From the UHGV virus genome UHGV-0036148: a DNA stretch of 55,727 bases. The stretch is one strand, 5' to 3'. This document shows positions 1 to 7,708 of the stretch, in pieces. The number at the start of each line of letters is the position of its first letter. Positions within the stretch are counted from its first letter, which is position 1. Made by a program: the position numbers and the translations under genes. The notes beneath the pieces were generated by a model. That model worked only from the letters and a program-made list of their open reading frames with translations, had not been told where the DNA came from and did no database searches. The DNA comes from a virus.

Positions 1-89
1 TCAATGTATCCGCATTCGTGATACCAGTACGCAATGCCAGCACGGACAAAAAAGCGGGTTTTATCCCGCTTGTGTTCATAGATACGCAT
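1..89 (-). CDS. hypothetical protein, N-terminal part of an ORF that runs off the window start and is in frame with the partial ORF at 55590..55727
   Basis: ATG at 89..87 preceded by GGGGTGA SD; frame stays open to position 1 and joins the open frame at the window end. Confidence 0.3.
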   Translation of the reverse strand, partial: MRIYEHKRDKTRFFVRAGIAYWYHECGYI

Positions 90-99
90 ATTCACCCCG

Positions 100-330
100 T
101 TATGCAGTTGTGTAGCTGTCCACCAGCTTTTCATCTTTCATTCTGGCAAGCTGGTCGATGTTCATCGTGTAGCCGCCATCGGAGAAAAGCAATTCAGCCG
201 CAGCGCGACGAAAAGCAATATCATCATGGTTACGTGTCCATGTAGCGATCACAACGCGTTTCCCGTTAGTGGCGAACATAGACAATTCGTTATCAACAAC
301 GTCGATAGCCTGCCAGATTTTTAATTCCAT
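100..330 (-). CDS. hypothetical protein (76 aa)
   Basis: six-frame ORF in tightly packed minus-strand operon; no recognisable motif. Confidence 0.4.
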   Translation of the reverse strand: MELKIWQAIDVVDNELSMFATNGKRVVIATWTRNHDDIAFRRAAAELLFSDGGYTMNIDQLARMKDEKLVDSYTTA

Positions 331-686
331 GATTTATCCCCGTAGATCTTGAATAGTTCACACGCTTCCTGATTTTCAAATATATTCATATGCAGGTCAC
401 GCAGGCGGCGCATTGTGCGGAAGCGCGGCCTGAACTCCTGGCTACGTTTAATGTATTTGCCGCCAATTGAATAAATATGCCCGTATGCGTACCATCTGTT
501 ACCTACCCATATATCATATTCTTTGCCTTCGTAATTAAATTTTATCGTTAGCTCGCCAACCTCAACTATTAACCCTTTGTCAATAATGTCATTAAGCATT
601 TCGTCCCATTCTTTGAGGAATGGTTGTTGATAAAAACCAAAAAGCGTATTTACAGCATGGCAAAGATAGTCAATGATTATTTGCAT
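321..686 (-). CDS. hypothetical protein (121 aa)
   Basis: ORF in operon context; no recognisable motif. Confidence 0.4.
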   Translation of the reverse strand: MQIIIDYLCHAVNTLFGFYQQPFLKEWDEMLNDIIDKGLIVEVGELTIKFNYEGKEYDIWVGNRWYAYGHIYSIGGKYIKRSQEFRPRFRTMRRLRDLHMNIFENQEACELFKIYGDKSWN

Positions 687-690
687 ATTA

Positions 691-903
691 TCACCACATC
701 ATATAATAAACGTTCTCGTCAGCTAACATGTCAGCTACATCCTGCGTCATGTGTCTGGCCTCAAGGAAAAAATCCTCACTATGCCATTCCCTTACAAGCA
801 TGCGCGCCCATTTACGGCGCTGGCGCTTATTGCGTCGCAGATCATCAAAAGCCTTTAATGCTTTGTCATATGCCCTTACCAGGCGTTTACGGTTACTTTT
901 CAT
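691..903 (-). CDS. small basic protein, tandem paralog A
   Basis: MKSNRKRLVRAYDKALKAFDDLRRNKRQRRKWARML closely parallels adjacent ORF 916..1104. Confidence 0.45.
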   Translation of the reverse strand: MKSNRKRLVRAYDKALKAFDDLRRNKRQRRKWARMLVREWHSEDFFLEARHMTQDVADMLADENVYYMMW

Positions 904-915
904 TTTTCACCCCAA

Positions 916-1104
916 TTAACCAAATAAATCCTCAGCAACAACATCATAAGCCTGATCAGCGGTTAATTTAGTATCACCAAAATTCCAATCCTTTGCTAAT
1001 TTCCTGGCTATGCGTCTTCTCTTGCGCTTATTGTTTTTCAGGTCGTCAAAATAACACAAACATTTATCATACGCCCTTACAAGGCGCTTAAGGTTACTTT
1101 TCAT
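916..1104 (-). CDS. small basic protein, tandem paralog B
   Basis: MKSNLKRLVRAYDKCLCYFDDLKNNKRKRRRIARKL; paralog of 691..903. Confidence 0.45.
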   Translation of the reverse strand: MKSNLKRLVRAYDKCLCYFDDLKNNKRKRRRIARKLAKDWNFGDTKLTADQAYDVVAEDLFG

Positions 1105-1107
1105 ATT

Positions 1108-1407
1108 TTAAATCCTATATTGCCAATAAATATCGCAGTGGATAGCAAAAACCTTAACAGGATCGTCACCAAACAAAGGATGTTGAATTGTCTTAATTGT
1201 GTACCCCATGTAAGGGAGAACAAGAATCCGCTTCTTATCTTCGTTTGCAGGGTATCCCCATTTAAGAATCAATCTTGTGTAGTCGCGCCCCTCAAGGCGT
1301 TTGCGCCAATAGTCATTATAAAGCCGGTATTCCTCTACCTTCTTCCCCGCCCGGATAGCGTGGAAGTATTCTCCTTTTAAATTCAAATGCAGGTGTTTAC
1401 TTGCCAT
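1108..1407 (-). CDS. putative ASCH-domain protein
   Basis: AGKKVEEYR fits the ASCH GxKxxExR signature; ATG at 1407 with AGGA SD; assignment from motif only. Confidence 0.35.
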   Translation of the reverse strand: MASKHLHLNLKGEYFHAIRAGKKVEEYRLYNDYWRKRLEGRDYTRLILKWGYPANEDKKRILVLPYMGYTIKTIQHPLFGDDPVKVFAIHCDIYWQYRI

Positions 1408-1669
1408 TGCTATGATCCTGTAAACAGTCGTTATAGCCTTCAATGTATCCGGTTAATCCGGTGTTACTCACTGACCATTCAGCTGAACGGCGCTTGATGG
1501 CCTCATCCATCGTAATTTCACCTTTACGGTGACATCCGGCGTCAATGTAACGGTTGACAACTGAAGACAACCTTCCGCGTAACTGTTGTGTTCCGGCGTA
1601 ATGGTGGGCCGTTTCCGTTAGTTCGTTAACTAGTTTTGCAAATAGATGTTCCTTTAATTTAGGCTTCAT
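1397..1669 (-). CDS. hypothetical protein (90 aa)
   Basis: ATG at 1669 overlaps upstream stop (translational coupling), GGGGTGA SD. Confidence 0.4.
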   Translation of the reverse strand: MKPKLKEHLFAKLVNELTETAHHYAGTQQLRGRLSSVVNRYIDAGCHRKGEITMDEAIKRRSAEWSVSNTGLTGYIEGYNDCLQDHSNGK

Positions 1670-1859
1670 TATCGTCACCCCGTTTGTATATTTTGATTGG
1701 CTTGATTGGGATTGCTGGCAATTCACCTTCATTCAATGCGCTTGCCATGCCCAATATTAAACGCGCTTCAGCACCAGTAACTTTCTTACACCACGCACCG
1801 CCCGTTTTATCTTCGAACAAGATAACGGCAAACTGATCGTTTATTTCCAGCTTATCCAT
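1659..1859 (-). CDS. hypothetical protein (66 aa)
   Basis: start overlaps Q stop codon (TAATG); operon context. Confidence 0.4.
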   Translation of the reverse strand: MDKLEINDQFAVILFEDKTGGAWCKKVTGAEARLILGMASALNEGELPAIPIKPIKIYKRGDDNEA

Positions 1860-2581
1860 TATTCACCCCGTGTCACTCGTTTGATTTCGTTGTCAGCCCG
1901 CGCCTCTTCTTTGAACAATTCGGCAATGGCGTCTTCATAGAAAGCCCGGTATTTCTTCCACCATGTTGATCGGCTTACCGGGAAAACAAGCTGATTAACC
2001 GCCTGCCGGACAAGATCTACAGGGAAACGCGAGTACCCGCGCCCGCCGCAGTGCTGGCACGTTTTGAACACTGGCATTTCCGCCGCTTCACTGGCTGCTT
2101 TATCCGGTACTTCGCCACGGCCCTTGCATTGTTTGCAATGATTGCGAACCGTCCCATGCCCCTTGCATTTTTTGCAAAGGTGTTTCTCACCGTATTCGTC
2201 AAACGTAAATTTATATCCGCCGCACTCCATACAAGTTTTTTCCGTCGCGGCGCTTTGGCAATAATCCCGAAACGCGAAAACGGCAACAAGAATAATGAGA
2301 TCATTGCGTTTGGCCTCGTCCAGTTCCATAACGTATTCATAATCTTTTGCCATAGCCCTTAAACGCTCTGTAAGCAAAACTACGGCCTTATGTTTTTCGG
2401 CTTGTGATAGTTCCATCTTTCCCAAAAAAGCGCTATAACCAAGCTCTACGCGCGATTGCGCCATACCTGCCGCAGTTAGTGCATCCGTAGTATTAAGAGC
2501 GTCCGGGGACGTGCCCCGGCTTTCATCTGATAAACGCGGTGATTTTGGGAAGTGGAATTTAAGAATAGATTCCAGATTCAT
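1859..2581 (-). CDS. Q: late antiterminator Q (lambda type) with extra CxxCxGxG zinc-finger repeats
   Basis: N-terminus MNLESILKFHFPKSPRLSDE... and C-terminus ...GYSRFPV...ADNEIKRVTR parallel lambda Q as I recall it; four CxxCxGxG motifs. Confidence 0.8.
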   Translation of the reverse strand: MNLESILKFHFPKSPRLSDESRGTSPDALNTTDALTAAGMAQSRVELGYSAFLGKMELSQAEKHKAVVLLTERLRAMAKDYEYVMELDEAKRNDLIILVAVFAFRDYCQSAATEKTCMECGGYKFTFDEYGEKHLCKKCKGHGTVRNHCKQCKGRGEVPDKAASEAAEMPVFKTCQHCGGRGYSRFPVDLVRQAVNQLVFPVSRSTWWKKYRAFYEDAIAELFKEEARADNEIKRVTRGE

Positions 2582-2763
2582 TATTTGCCCCCGTAACGAG
2601 CAATAAGGTGTTTACGATCAGAAATAGACTGAACTAACTTTCTCTCAAGCTCTTTCAATGCAAGCAATTCGCGCATATGAAAAGCCTGGATTTGTCGGAC
2701 TGTAGCTAAATAATGCTCATCGCGCTGAATATCTATTTGCAGATCTTTAATTTCGTTTTTCAT
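2581..2763 (-). CDS. hypothetical small protein (60 aa)
   Basis: ORF between rusA and Q; no recognisable motif. Confidence 0.35.
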   Translation of the reverse strand: MKNEIKDLQIDIQRDEHYLATVRQIQAFHMRELLALKELERKLVQSISDRKHLIARYGGK

Positions 2764-2766
2764 TTG

Positions 2767-3168
2767 TCACCCCCACATATTAGTTTCGTATTCACCAATA
2801 TCCGGTAACAGGTCGCCGCGTTCGCGAACTTTAATAAACAATCGCCCGCCTTTTACCTTCCGGCAGCGAACAATTTTTATTGCGTCGATTTGTCCGTCAT
2901 CATTCCAGAACTCTGCATAAGTAAGACTATCAAAAAGGCATTTGGGGATATTATCTAGATCTCTGGTTCGGTTATCCGGCGGCGCGGCATGAATGGTAAT
3001 TGCCAGTCGGCAAGATAGGTTGATGTTTAAATTTAATAGCTCGATGATGTCTCTTACTTGCTCACGGTATTCTTTTCCAACCTTGCTGATATAGTGAAAA
3101 CCGCGTGAATGCCGATAATATCGGTTATTAGATGGCGGGTAAGGTAGGCTAAATGTATATTCATTCAT
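2767..3168 (-). CDS. rusA: Holliday junction resolvase RusA
   Basis: LPYPPSNNRYYRH ... RDLDN ... KGGRL motifs match the RusA family. Confidence 0.85.
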   Translation of the reverse strand: MNEYTFSLPYPPSNNRYYRHSRGFHYISKVGKEYREQVRDIIELLNLNINLSCRLAITIHAAPPDNRTRDLDNIPKCLFDSLTYAEFWNDDGQIDAIKIVRCRKVKGGRLFIKVRERGDLLPDIGEYETNMWG

Positions 3169-3770
3169 GCTGCCTTTCTCCTTAAGGCGTCTAATTTAGC
3201 CTGATAGACTTTTATGATTTCCTTACATTCTTCTATCGTCCATTTGTGAGTTTCGTTGTTGTTCTCCAGCGCCACCACCCTGGCGAGGCCAATTTTTCGA
3301 ATCAGTGCCGGGCGATACCCTCCGATGTTGCCGTCTAGTGTCTGGTTGCAGTGCCTGCATTGCTTGTGACAATTATCATCGTTGAAACGAAGATGTCCTG
3401 CGGCGGCTACCGTCCTGTAATGGCCTGCATCCCACCCGCATTGCTCACCGTAGTAAGTCCCGCATGATATGCACGGCAATCGCGAGTCACGCTCGCGTAT
3501 ATAAGCGTTAAAAACGTTTTGTGCCTGTTTAATCCAGTAGCTACGCGGATTTAACTGCTTCCGCTTCCGGCTGCGCTCTTCCCGCTGGCTATCACGGCGT
3601 CTCTTCCGCTCCATAGCCTTCATAGCCTTCTCACGGTCGCGGCATAGCTGATCAAACTTCAGCTCTTCCAGACATTCATCGCTGCACCATGTTTGATTGT
3701 GATATTTAGGCTCAAAAAAAACGCCGCAGCATTTGCAACGGCGTCTTATGGGTTTTTTAGGGTTCTGCAT
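3165..3770 (-). CDS. ninG: NinG/Rap-like recombination protein
   Basis: RRRCKCCG, PRSYWIKQAQ, LPCISCGT, DAGHYRT, LRFN, HKQC, HRWTIEECK parallel lambda NinG; ATG at 3770 with GGGGTGG SD. Confidence 0.75.
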   Translation of the reverse strand: MQNPKKPIRRRCKCCGVFFEPKYHNQTWCSDECLEELKFDQLCRDREKAMKAMERKRRRDSQREERSRKRKQLNPRSYWIKQAQNVFNAYIRERDSRLPCISCGTYYGEQCGWDAGHYRTVAAAGHLRFNDDNCHKQCRHCNQTLDGNIGGYRPALIRKIGLARVVALENNNETHKWTIEECKEIIKVYQAKLDALRRKAA

Positions 3771-3784
3771 AAAAACCACCCCGA

Positions 3785-3961
3785 TTATTTTTGATTCTCT
3801 GTTTCGTTCAGCCTTTCGGCGTGTCCGGCCCTTAGCCAATGTTCTAAGCATTCGTTGCACTCGTTACAGCCTCCTTTCTTCGTGCTGCATACATTGCACA
3901 TTGCACGCATGACGCTCTCTCGTTCATAGTCGTCATGCCATTGGTAATTATCAAAAGGCAT
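3785..3961 (-). CDS. small Cys-rich protein (putative zinc-binding)
   Basis: CNVCSTKKGGCNECNEC motif; ATG at 3961 with AAGGAG SD. Confidence 0.4.
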   Translation of the reverse strand: MPFDNYQWHDDYERESVMRAMCNVCSTKKGGCNECNECLEHWLRAGHAERLNETENQK

Positions 3962-4120
3962 AATGCTCTCTCCTTTTAAGGTGATTTCTACGCATTTCAG
4001 CGCTGCCGGATTTTTAAAGAGCATTTTGCTTGCTTGAAGTATACAAAATGGATACGTGTAAACAAGACGAATAGCGCCATTATGTGATCCACATCACGCA
4101 ATGGCGCCATTTTGTAAATT

Positions 4121-4909
4121 TCAGTCCGGCAAAACGCGGTTGAGCGTAGTACGATTGATGGCCCTGTCGTTAGCCAGGAACACAGCACGGGCAAAGCCGC
4201 GCGGCGTTAGTGAGCGGATCATCTTAGTGCGTTTCGACTTTCCTCCCAACTTCGCGTGCTGCTTACTGTCTTCCCATTCGTCCGGCATTGGCACAGGCCG
4301 GAACAGCGGCTGTTTAAATCCGTTGCCGCACCAAATACAAGTTTTCTTCGTGTATGCGTCGCGGGCCGCTATGTATTCAGGGAAGGCAGGATGTTTGTCA
4401 TCTTCCGGCAGGTAGCCACCGTAAGCGCACGGGTTGAAAATAAAATCAGGTTTACGCCATAGCGTTGACAGTGCGCCCACCGGATTTTCCACCATCCACG
4501 GCACGTTATACATATTCGCCAGTTTTTCTACCAATTTTGCGTTATACGCCGCCTTTACCTGGAAAGCAGGATCTTTTTTTCGCTTATCAGCGAACCAGCG
4601 AGCACCAGACACAGCGAGATCGTCGCACGGCGGAAAGCCCAATATAATGTCAGGTGCTGGATAAGAAGATAATTCAGGCGAGAACATTGCCAGGAAATGG
4701 CTGTCAATCCACACGTTAACGTATTCAATATTCGGATGAATGATTTTAACGCCTTCATAATCGCCGTGATTTGCGCCGTCATAGTTGAAGCAATAGCACT
4801 TATATCCTGCTTCCGCCCAATCTTTAACGGCGTACCCGCTGCCGTCGTACAGCGACCACACAACCCAACTTCTAAGCCAATTATTTAACCAGTGTTTAGC
4901 CTTGCTCAT
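4121..4909 (-). CDS. putative DNA C5-cytosine methyltransferase-like protein
   Basis: LYDGSGY (motif I-like), GFPPCDD (PC motif IV-like), MVENPVG (ENV motif VI-like); short, no obvious target-recognition domain. Confidence 0.45.
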   Translation of the reverse strand: MSKAKHWLNNWLRSWVVWSLYDGSGYAVKDWAEAGYKCYCFNYDGANHGDYEGVKIIHPNIEYVNVWIDSHFLAMFSPELSSYPAPDIILGFPPCDDLAVSGARWFADKRKKDPAFQVKAAYNAKLVEKLANMYNVPWMVENPVGALSTLWRKPDFIFNPCAYGGYLPEDDKHPAFPEYIAARDAYTKKTCIWCGNGFKQPLFRPVPMPDEWEDSKQHAKLGGKSKRTKMIRSLTPRGFARAVFLANDRAINRTTLNRVLPD

Positions 4910-5451
4910 TTTCTGCCCTCAAACGTGAAATAGCGGCGCATGATGATAGTGATCACCGTTACCGCTGCCATTTTTGAGATGAATTGCATAGCTGATATTT
5001 CAGGCATAAACGCCATAAACGATAGCGTGGGGAAAATCAACGCATCGCCAATGGCTGACGCTATATTTGCAGGCCAGCGTTTCGAATCGAAATCACCAGG
5101 CAAAACCCGGTAAACACCGCCAGATATAAGCGCACCGGAAACAACCGCGACGAATGACGCGATTGCCACCATCCCTGCGTCATAATTTATCAGCACCGTG
5201 ATCGCGCCAGCGGCGGCGCATGTTGTAGCCGACCATTTCAGGCCGCCGTCATATAACAGAAAGTCGCGGATCATCATATTGACACACACTACGGCTACCG
5301 TGGTGATAGGGATCACCCACGGTCCGCAATGGTTAACAATAAGGTTGATGATCACGAAAACGGCGACATAAACGCAGGCCAATAACCTGTCAATTGCCAC
5401 CTTTTTCATTTGGGTCATACCTCTTATCGCGAATAGCTTCAGATCTGTCAA
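4906..5451 (-). CDS. multi-pass membrane protein
   Basis: several long hydrophobic segments (VYVAVFVIINLIV, ITTVAVVCV, IASFVAVVSGALISGGV, AVTVITIIM). Confidence 0.45.
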   Translation of the reverse strand: MTDLKLFAIRGMTQMKKVAIDRLLACVYVAVFVIINLIVNHCGPWVIPITTVAVVCVNMMIRDFLLYDGGLKWSATTCAAAGAITVLINYDAGMVAIASFVAVVSGALISGGVYRVLPGDFDSKRWPANIASAIGDALIFPTLSFMAFMPEISAMQFISKMAAVTVITIIMRRYFTFEGRK

Positions 5452-5887
5452 AACTCAAATCAAGCCGAGTTGAAATACAACCGCATTGAGGGTTAAGCAT
5501 TGAAGGGGGCAACCCCTTACAGCTTGTTATTGCTCCGTCATTTATTATTCCATCATTAATATTGGCGGCAGTGAACTGATTTTTCTTTAGCTCTTCATCG
5601 CGATCATTTAATATTTGCTCCGCTTTTAGTGCGCTGTAGCTGATTAAGTCAACCAAAGTATCAGTAGGGTCAGAACCATTAGCCAAAATGGCCTCTAAAC
5701 GCGCTTCCTTGAGGCAAATCATCAGATCCCATACATCAAGTGGTGTTAAGTTTGCGCCCTTCTTAGCGTTGTATATAGTGGCTATTTTTGGCGCTGATTT
5801 TTCCTCTTTTCTGTCGTAGCCGTTTTGTTTACCTCTTTGCTCTATTGTTTCCGCTGCAAGTCGTAATAAATCTGCTGCATTAGTCAT
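5390..5887 (-). CDS. hypothetical protein
   Basis: ORF between the two methyltransferase genes; start taken at internal ATG after Dam stop. Confidence 0.35.
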   Translation of the reverse strand: MTNAADLLRLAAETIEQRGKQNGYDRKEEKSAPKIATIYNAKKGANLTPLDVWDLMICLKEARLEAILANGSDPTDTLVDLISYSALKAEQILNDRDEELKKNQFTAANINDGIINDGAITSCKGLPPSMLNPQCGCISTRLDLSFDRSEAIRDKRYDPNEKGGN

Positions 5888-6419
5888 TATCTGCACCTCT
5901 TGCATATAGCTCTTTACGTGTTATCTGCGTGAAAATACATTCATGTCTGCACCGTGGATGCCAGATCAAAAACAAGCTCCCTTTGTTGTTTCCGCTCACT
6001 GGCTTACCAGTCGCAGCATTTATAAAAGCCAGCCGCCCGCGCGTGATTAATCGGCATTCGCTTGCCGTCTCAACGCCGTTCATAAACCAGCTAACAGAAA
6101 TGTCAGCGGGCAATAACATTACGCAACCGATGTGGTTTCGGCTGTGTTCAAGCGCCGCTTTATCAACGAATGGCCCCGGGTTCGAATATGGTGGATTCAT
6201 CCAGACATACTCACCAGGCATTGCCACCGCTCCCCACGGATAATGCAACGTGTCCATTTCTTCGGTTATATATCGCGGTATTAATGCGTTTGCTTCGTTT
6301 GCTGCCACATCTGCGACAAACTCGAACTCGCGATCCATTCCTCTAAAAACTGGTTTAGGTGTCTGCCACAGGTCTTTAATTTCCTTCGGCGTACTGCTGC
6401 CTCCAAAATCATTTTTCAT
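5880..6419 (-). CDS. phage DNA N6-adenine methyltransferase (Dam-like)
   Basis: LWQTP ... MNPPYS (NPPY catalytic motif) typical of phage Dam N6-MTases; ATG at 6419 with GGGTGG SD. Confidence 0.7.
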   Translation of the reverse strand: MKNDFGGSSTPKEIKDLWQTPKPVFRGMDREFEFVADVAANEANALIPRYITEEMDTLHYPWGAVAMPGEYVWMNPPYSNPGPFVDKAALEHSRNHIGCVMLLPADISVSWFMNGVETASECRLITRGRLAFINAATGKPVSGNNKGSLFLIWHPRCRHECIFTQITRKELYARGADND

Positions 6420-6431
6420 TATGACCACCCA

Positions 6432-6683
6432 CTAGAAATAGTCCTGTTCCGTTCCCCAACGGTTGTTCAAATATCCCACCAACCAGATAAAACGCTCAAT
6501 ACTGATTAGTGGGGCGACCTTGCGATAATGCTTTTCTAATATCAGCCGCGTAGCTTTATCGCTGTAGCCGTTTCTTTCTACCTCCGCTTTGCAGGCAGAA
6601 AGCGCAGCGCGGGCGGCAGCTTTTACGGCATTAAATTGCAGTTCTGACATATTGAACAAAGCCATAGGATCACCATTCATCAC
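6432..6683 (-). CDS. hypothetical protein (83 aa)
   Basis: ORF in operon context. Confidence 0.35.
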   Translation of the reverse strand: MMNGDPMALFNMSELQFNAVKAAARAALSACKAEVERNGYSDKATRLILEKHYRKVAPLISIERFIWLVGYLNNRWGTEQDYF

Positions 6684-6906
6684 CCCAATCAGGCGCTACA
6701 GTCCAGCAAAAACCAATGAATGCGCTAACAGCCAATAAAGCGCGGGCTGCAAAAAGAATATTCCCAATGTCGTTAAATTCAGGCAGCGACCACGTAATAA
6801 ACATAGCCCCCAGCATGATAACACCGATAGCAGTCAGGGCCGCCAGGAAAACAAAAAGCGTAGCCAAAAGCCACGCCCCCAACCAGTTAAAAAAGCTCTT
6901 AACCAT
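6670..6906 (-). CDS. small membrane protein (78 aa)
   Basis: two hydrophobic helices (WLGAWLLATLFVFLAALTAIGVIMLGAMFI ; ALLAVSAFIGFCW). Confidence 0.4.
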   Translation of the reverse strand: MVKSFFNWLGAWLLATLFVFLAALTAIGVIMLGAMFITWSLPEFNDIGNILFAARALLAVSAFIGFCWTVAPDWGDEW

Positions 6907-6907
6907 T

Positions 6908-7111
6908 TTAAACCTCGTCTATTACACCGCCTTGCACGCGCTCATTAATGTCCCATGTGTGAGATTTGCACACTTCTTGATAATAGTGATCCGGCCTGCT
7001 GCCGAAATACCATTTACCTTCCATATAAAAATAAACGCCCGAAAATATTCCGGGCGCTGCCTTTGTTGCTGATTCTGGAATCTTCCATTCTTTATATTGT
7101 TTAAACTTCAT
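6908..7111 (-). CDS. hypothetical protein (67 aa)
   Basis: ORF in operon context. Confidence 0.35.
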   Translation of the reverse strand: MKFKQYKEWKIPESATKAAPGIFSGVYFYMEGKWYFGSRPDHYYQEVCKSHTWDINERVQGGVIDEV

Positions 7112-7292
7112 ACATTAACACCGCCTTTTTAAGTGCGCTTAATTCAAAGTGCATAAGACGAAAATGCTGTACACCACCAACAATACTAACCTGATAAATA
7201 TCACCGACACAGTTATAGTAATAACAACCAAATTGACCGATTCCGGCTAATTTAGCGTTATCCGGTATCATGTATTCGCCAACCTTTTTCAT
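7101..7292 (-). CDS. hypothetical protein (63 aa)
   Basis: ATG at 7292 with GAGGTGA SD. Confidence 0.35.
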   Translation of the reverse strand: MKKVGEYMIPDNAKLAGIGQFGCYYYNCVGDIYQVSIVGGVQHFRLMHFELSALKKAVLMYEV

Positions 7293-7295
7293 ATA

Positions 7296-7388
7296 TCACC
7301 TCATATGGTATTCAATAAACCACCTGATAAACAGGCATAAGGCAATAAAACCCCAGCAACAGCACATATAAAACAATGTGTCGTCCAT
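7296..7388 (-). CDS. mini membrane peptide (30 aa)
   Basis: MDDTLFYMCCCWGFIALCLFIRWFIEYHMR; GAGG SD; stop overlaps SD of next gene. Confidence 0.35.
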   Translation of the reverse strand: MDDTLFYMCCCWGFIALCLFIRWFIEYHMR

Positions 7389-7390
7389 AA

Positions 7391-7609
7391 TTAAGCCTCA
7401 ATAACACCGTAATCAAACGTGCCTAAATACCGTTCGATGCTTACAACCTCAATACCATCAATGCACCGTTTCCACACAGACACCCGGCTTTCATTTTCCC
7501 GGAAGTGCATATTAGAAAGCACTTCATCGGCTGGATAGCCTTTCCCGGCGACGTAGGCATCGTGACCTACTCCACCCTCAACACAATAAAGCATTAATTC
7601 GCGGGCCAT
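7391..7609 (-). CDS. hypothetical protein (72 aa)
   Basis: first ORF after the 100-bp intergenic gap that carries a CRP-consensus site. Confidence 0.35.
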   Translation of the reverse strand: MARELMLYCVEGGVGHDAYVAGKGYPADEVLSNMHFRENESRVSVWKRCIDGIEVVSIERYLGTFDYGVIEA

Positions 7610-7686
7610 CTTGTCTTCCTCCGTGCCGTAAACCTTTTAATTTCAGTTCACAAAACGGATTCGCAATCACAACACAAAATGTATAT

Positions 7687-7708
7687 TTATGTGATCGCAA
7701 TCACAATG
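7687..7708. promoter_or_regulatory. CRP-consensus palindrome TGTGA-N6-TCACA
   Basis: ttaTGTGAtcgcaaTCACAatg, perfect half-sites with 6-bp spacer, in a 100-bp intergenic gap. Confidence 0.45.

Noticed and set aside
46-69. Terminator-like hairpin (GCGGG-ataaaa-CCCGC plus T-run on minus strand)
   Set aside because: Lies inside the junction-spanning ORF (1..89 plus 55590..55727), stem is only 5 bp; may be a weak attenuator or coincidence, so not called as a terminator.
18-245. Plus-strand ORF at the window start and similar plus-strand ORFs across 600-1400
   Set aside because: Overlap better-supported minus-strand genes in a co-directional operon and lack SDs; likely non-coding frames.
3713-3720. 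A8/T8 homopolymer inside ninG (and T8 at 38637..38644 inside the tape measure gene)
   Set aside because: Within coding sequence and of common length; no evidence of frameshift or alternate frame, unlike the intergenic G10.
4906-5451. Assignment of the 181-aa membrane protein to a specific transporter family (for example queuosine-precursor/VUT-type)
   Set aside because: Only hydrophobicity pattern is visible; no diagnostic motif recalled and no companion 7-deazaguanine biosynthesis genes seen.
6175-6190. GGTTCGAAT, a tRNA T-loop-like motif
   Set aside because: Falls inside the Dam-like methyltransferase coding sequence with no acceptor-stem or anticodon-arm context; no tRNA gene called.
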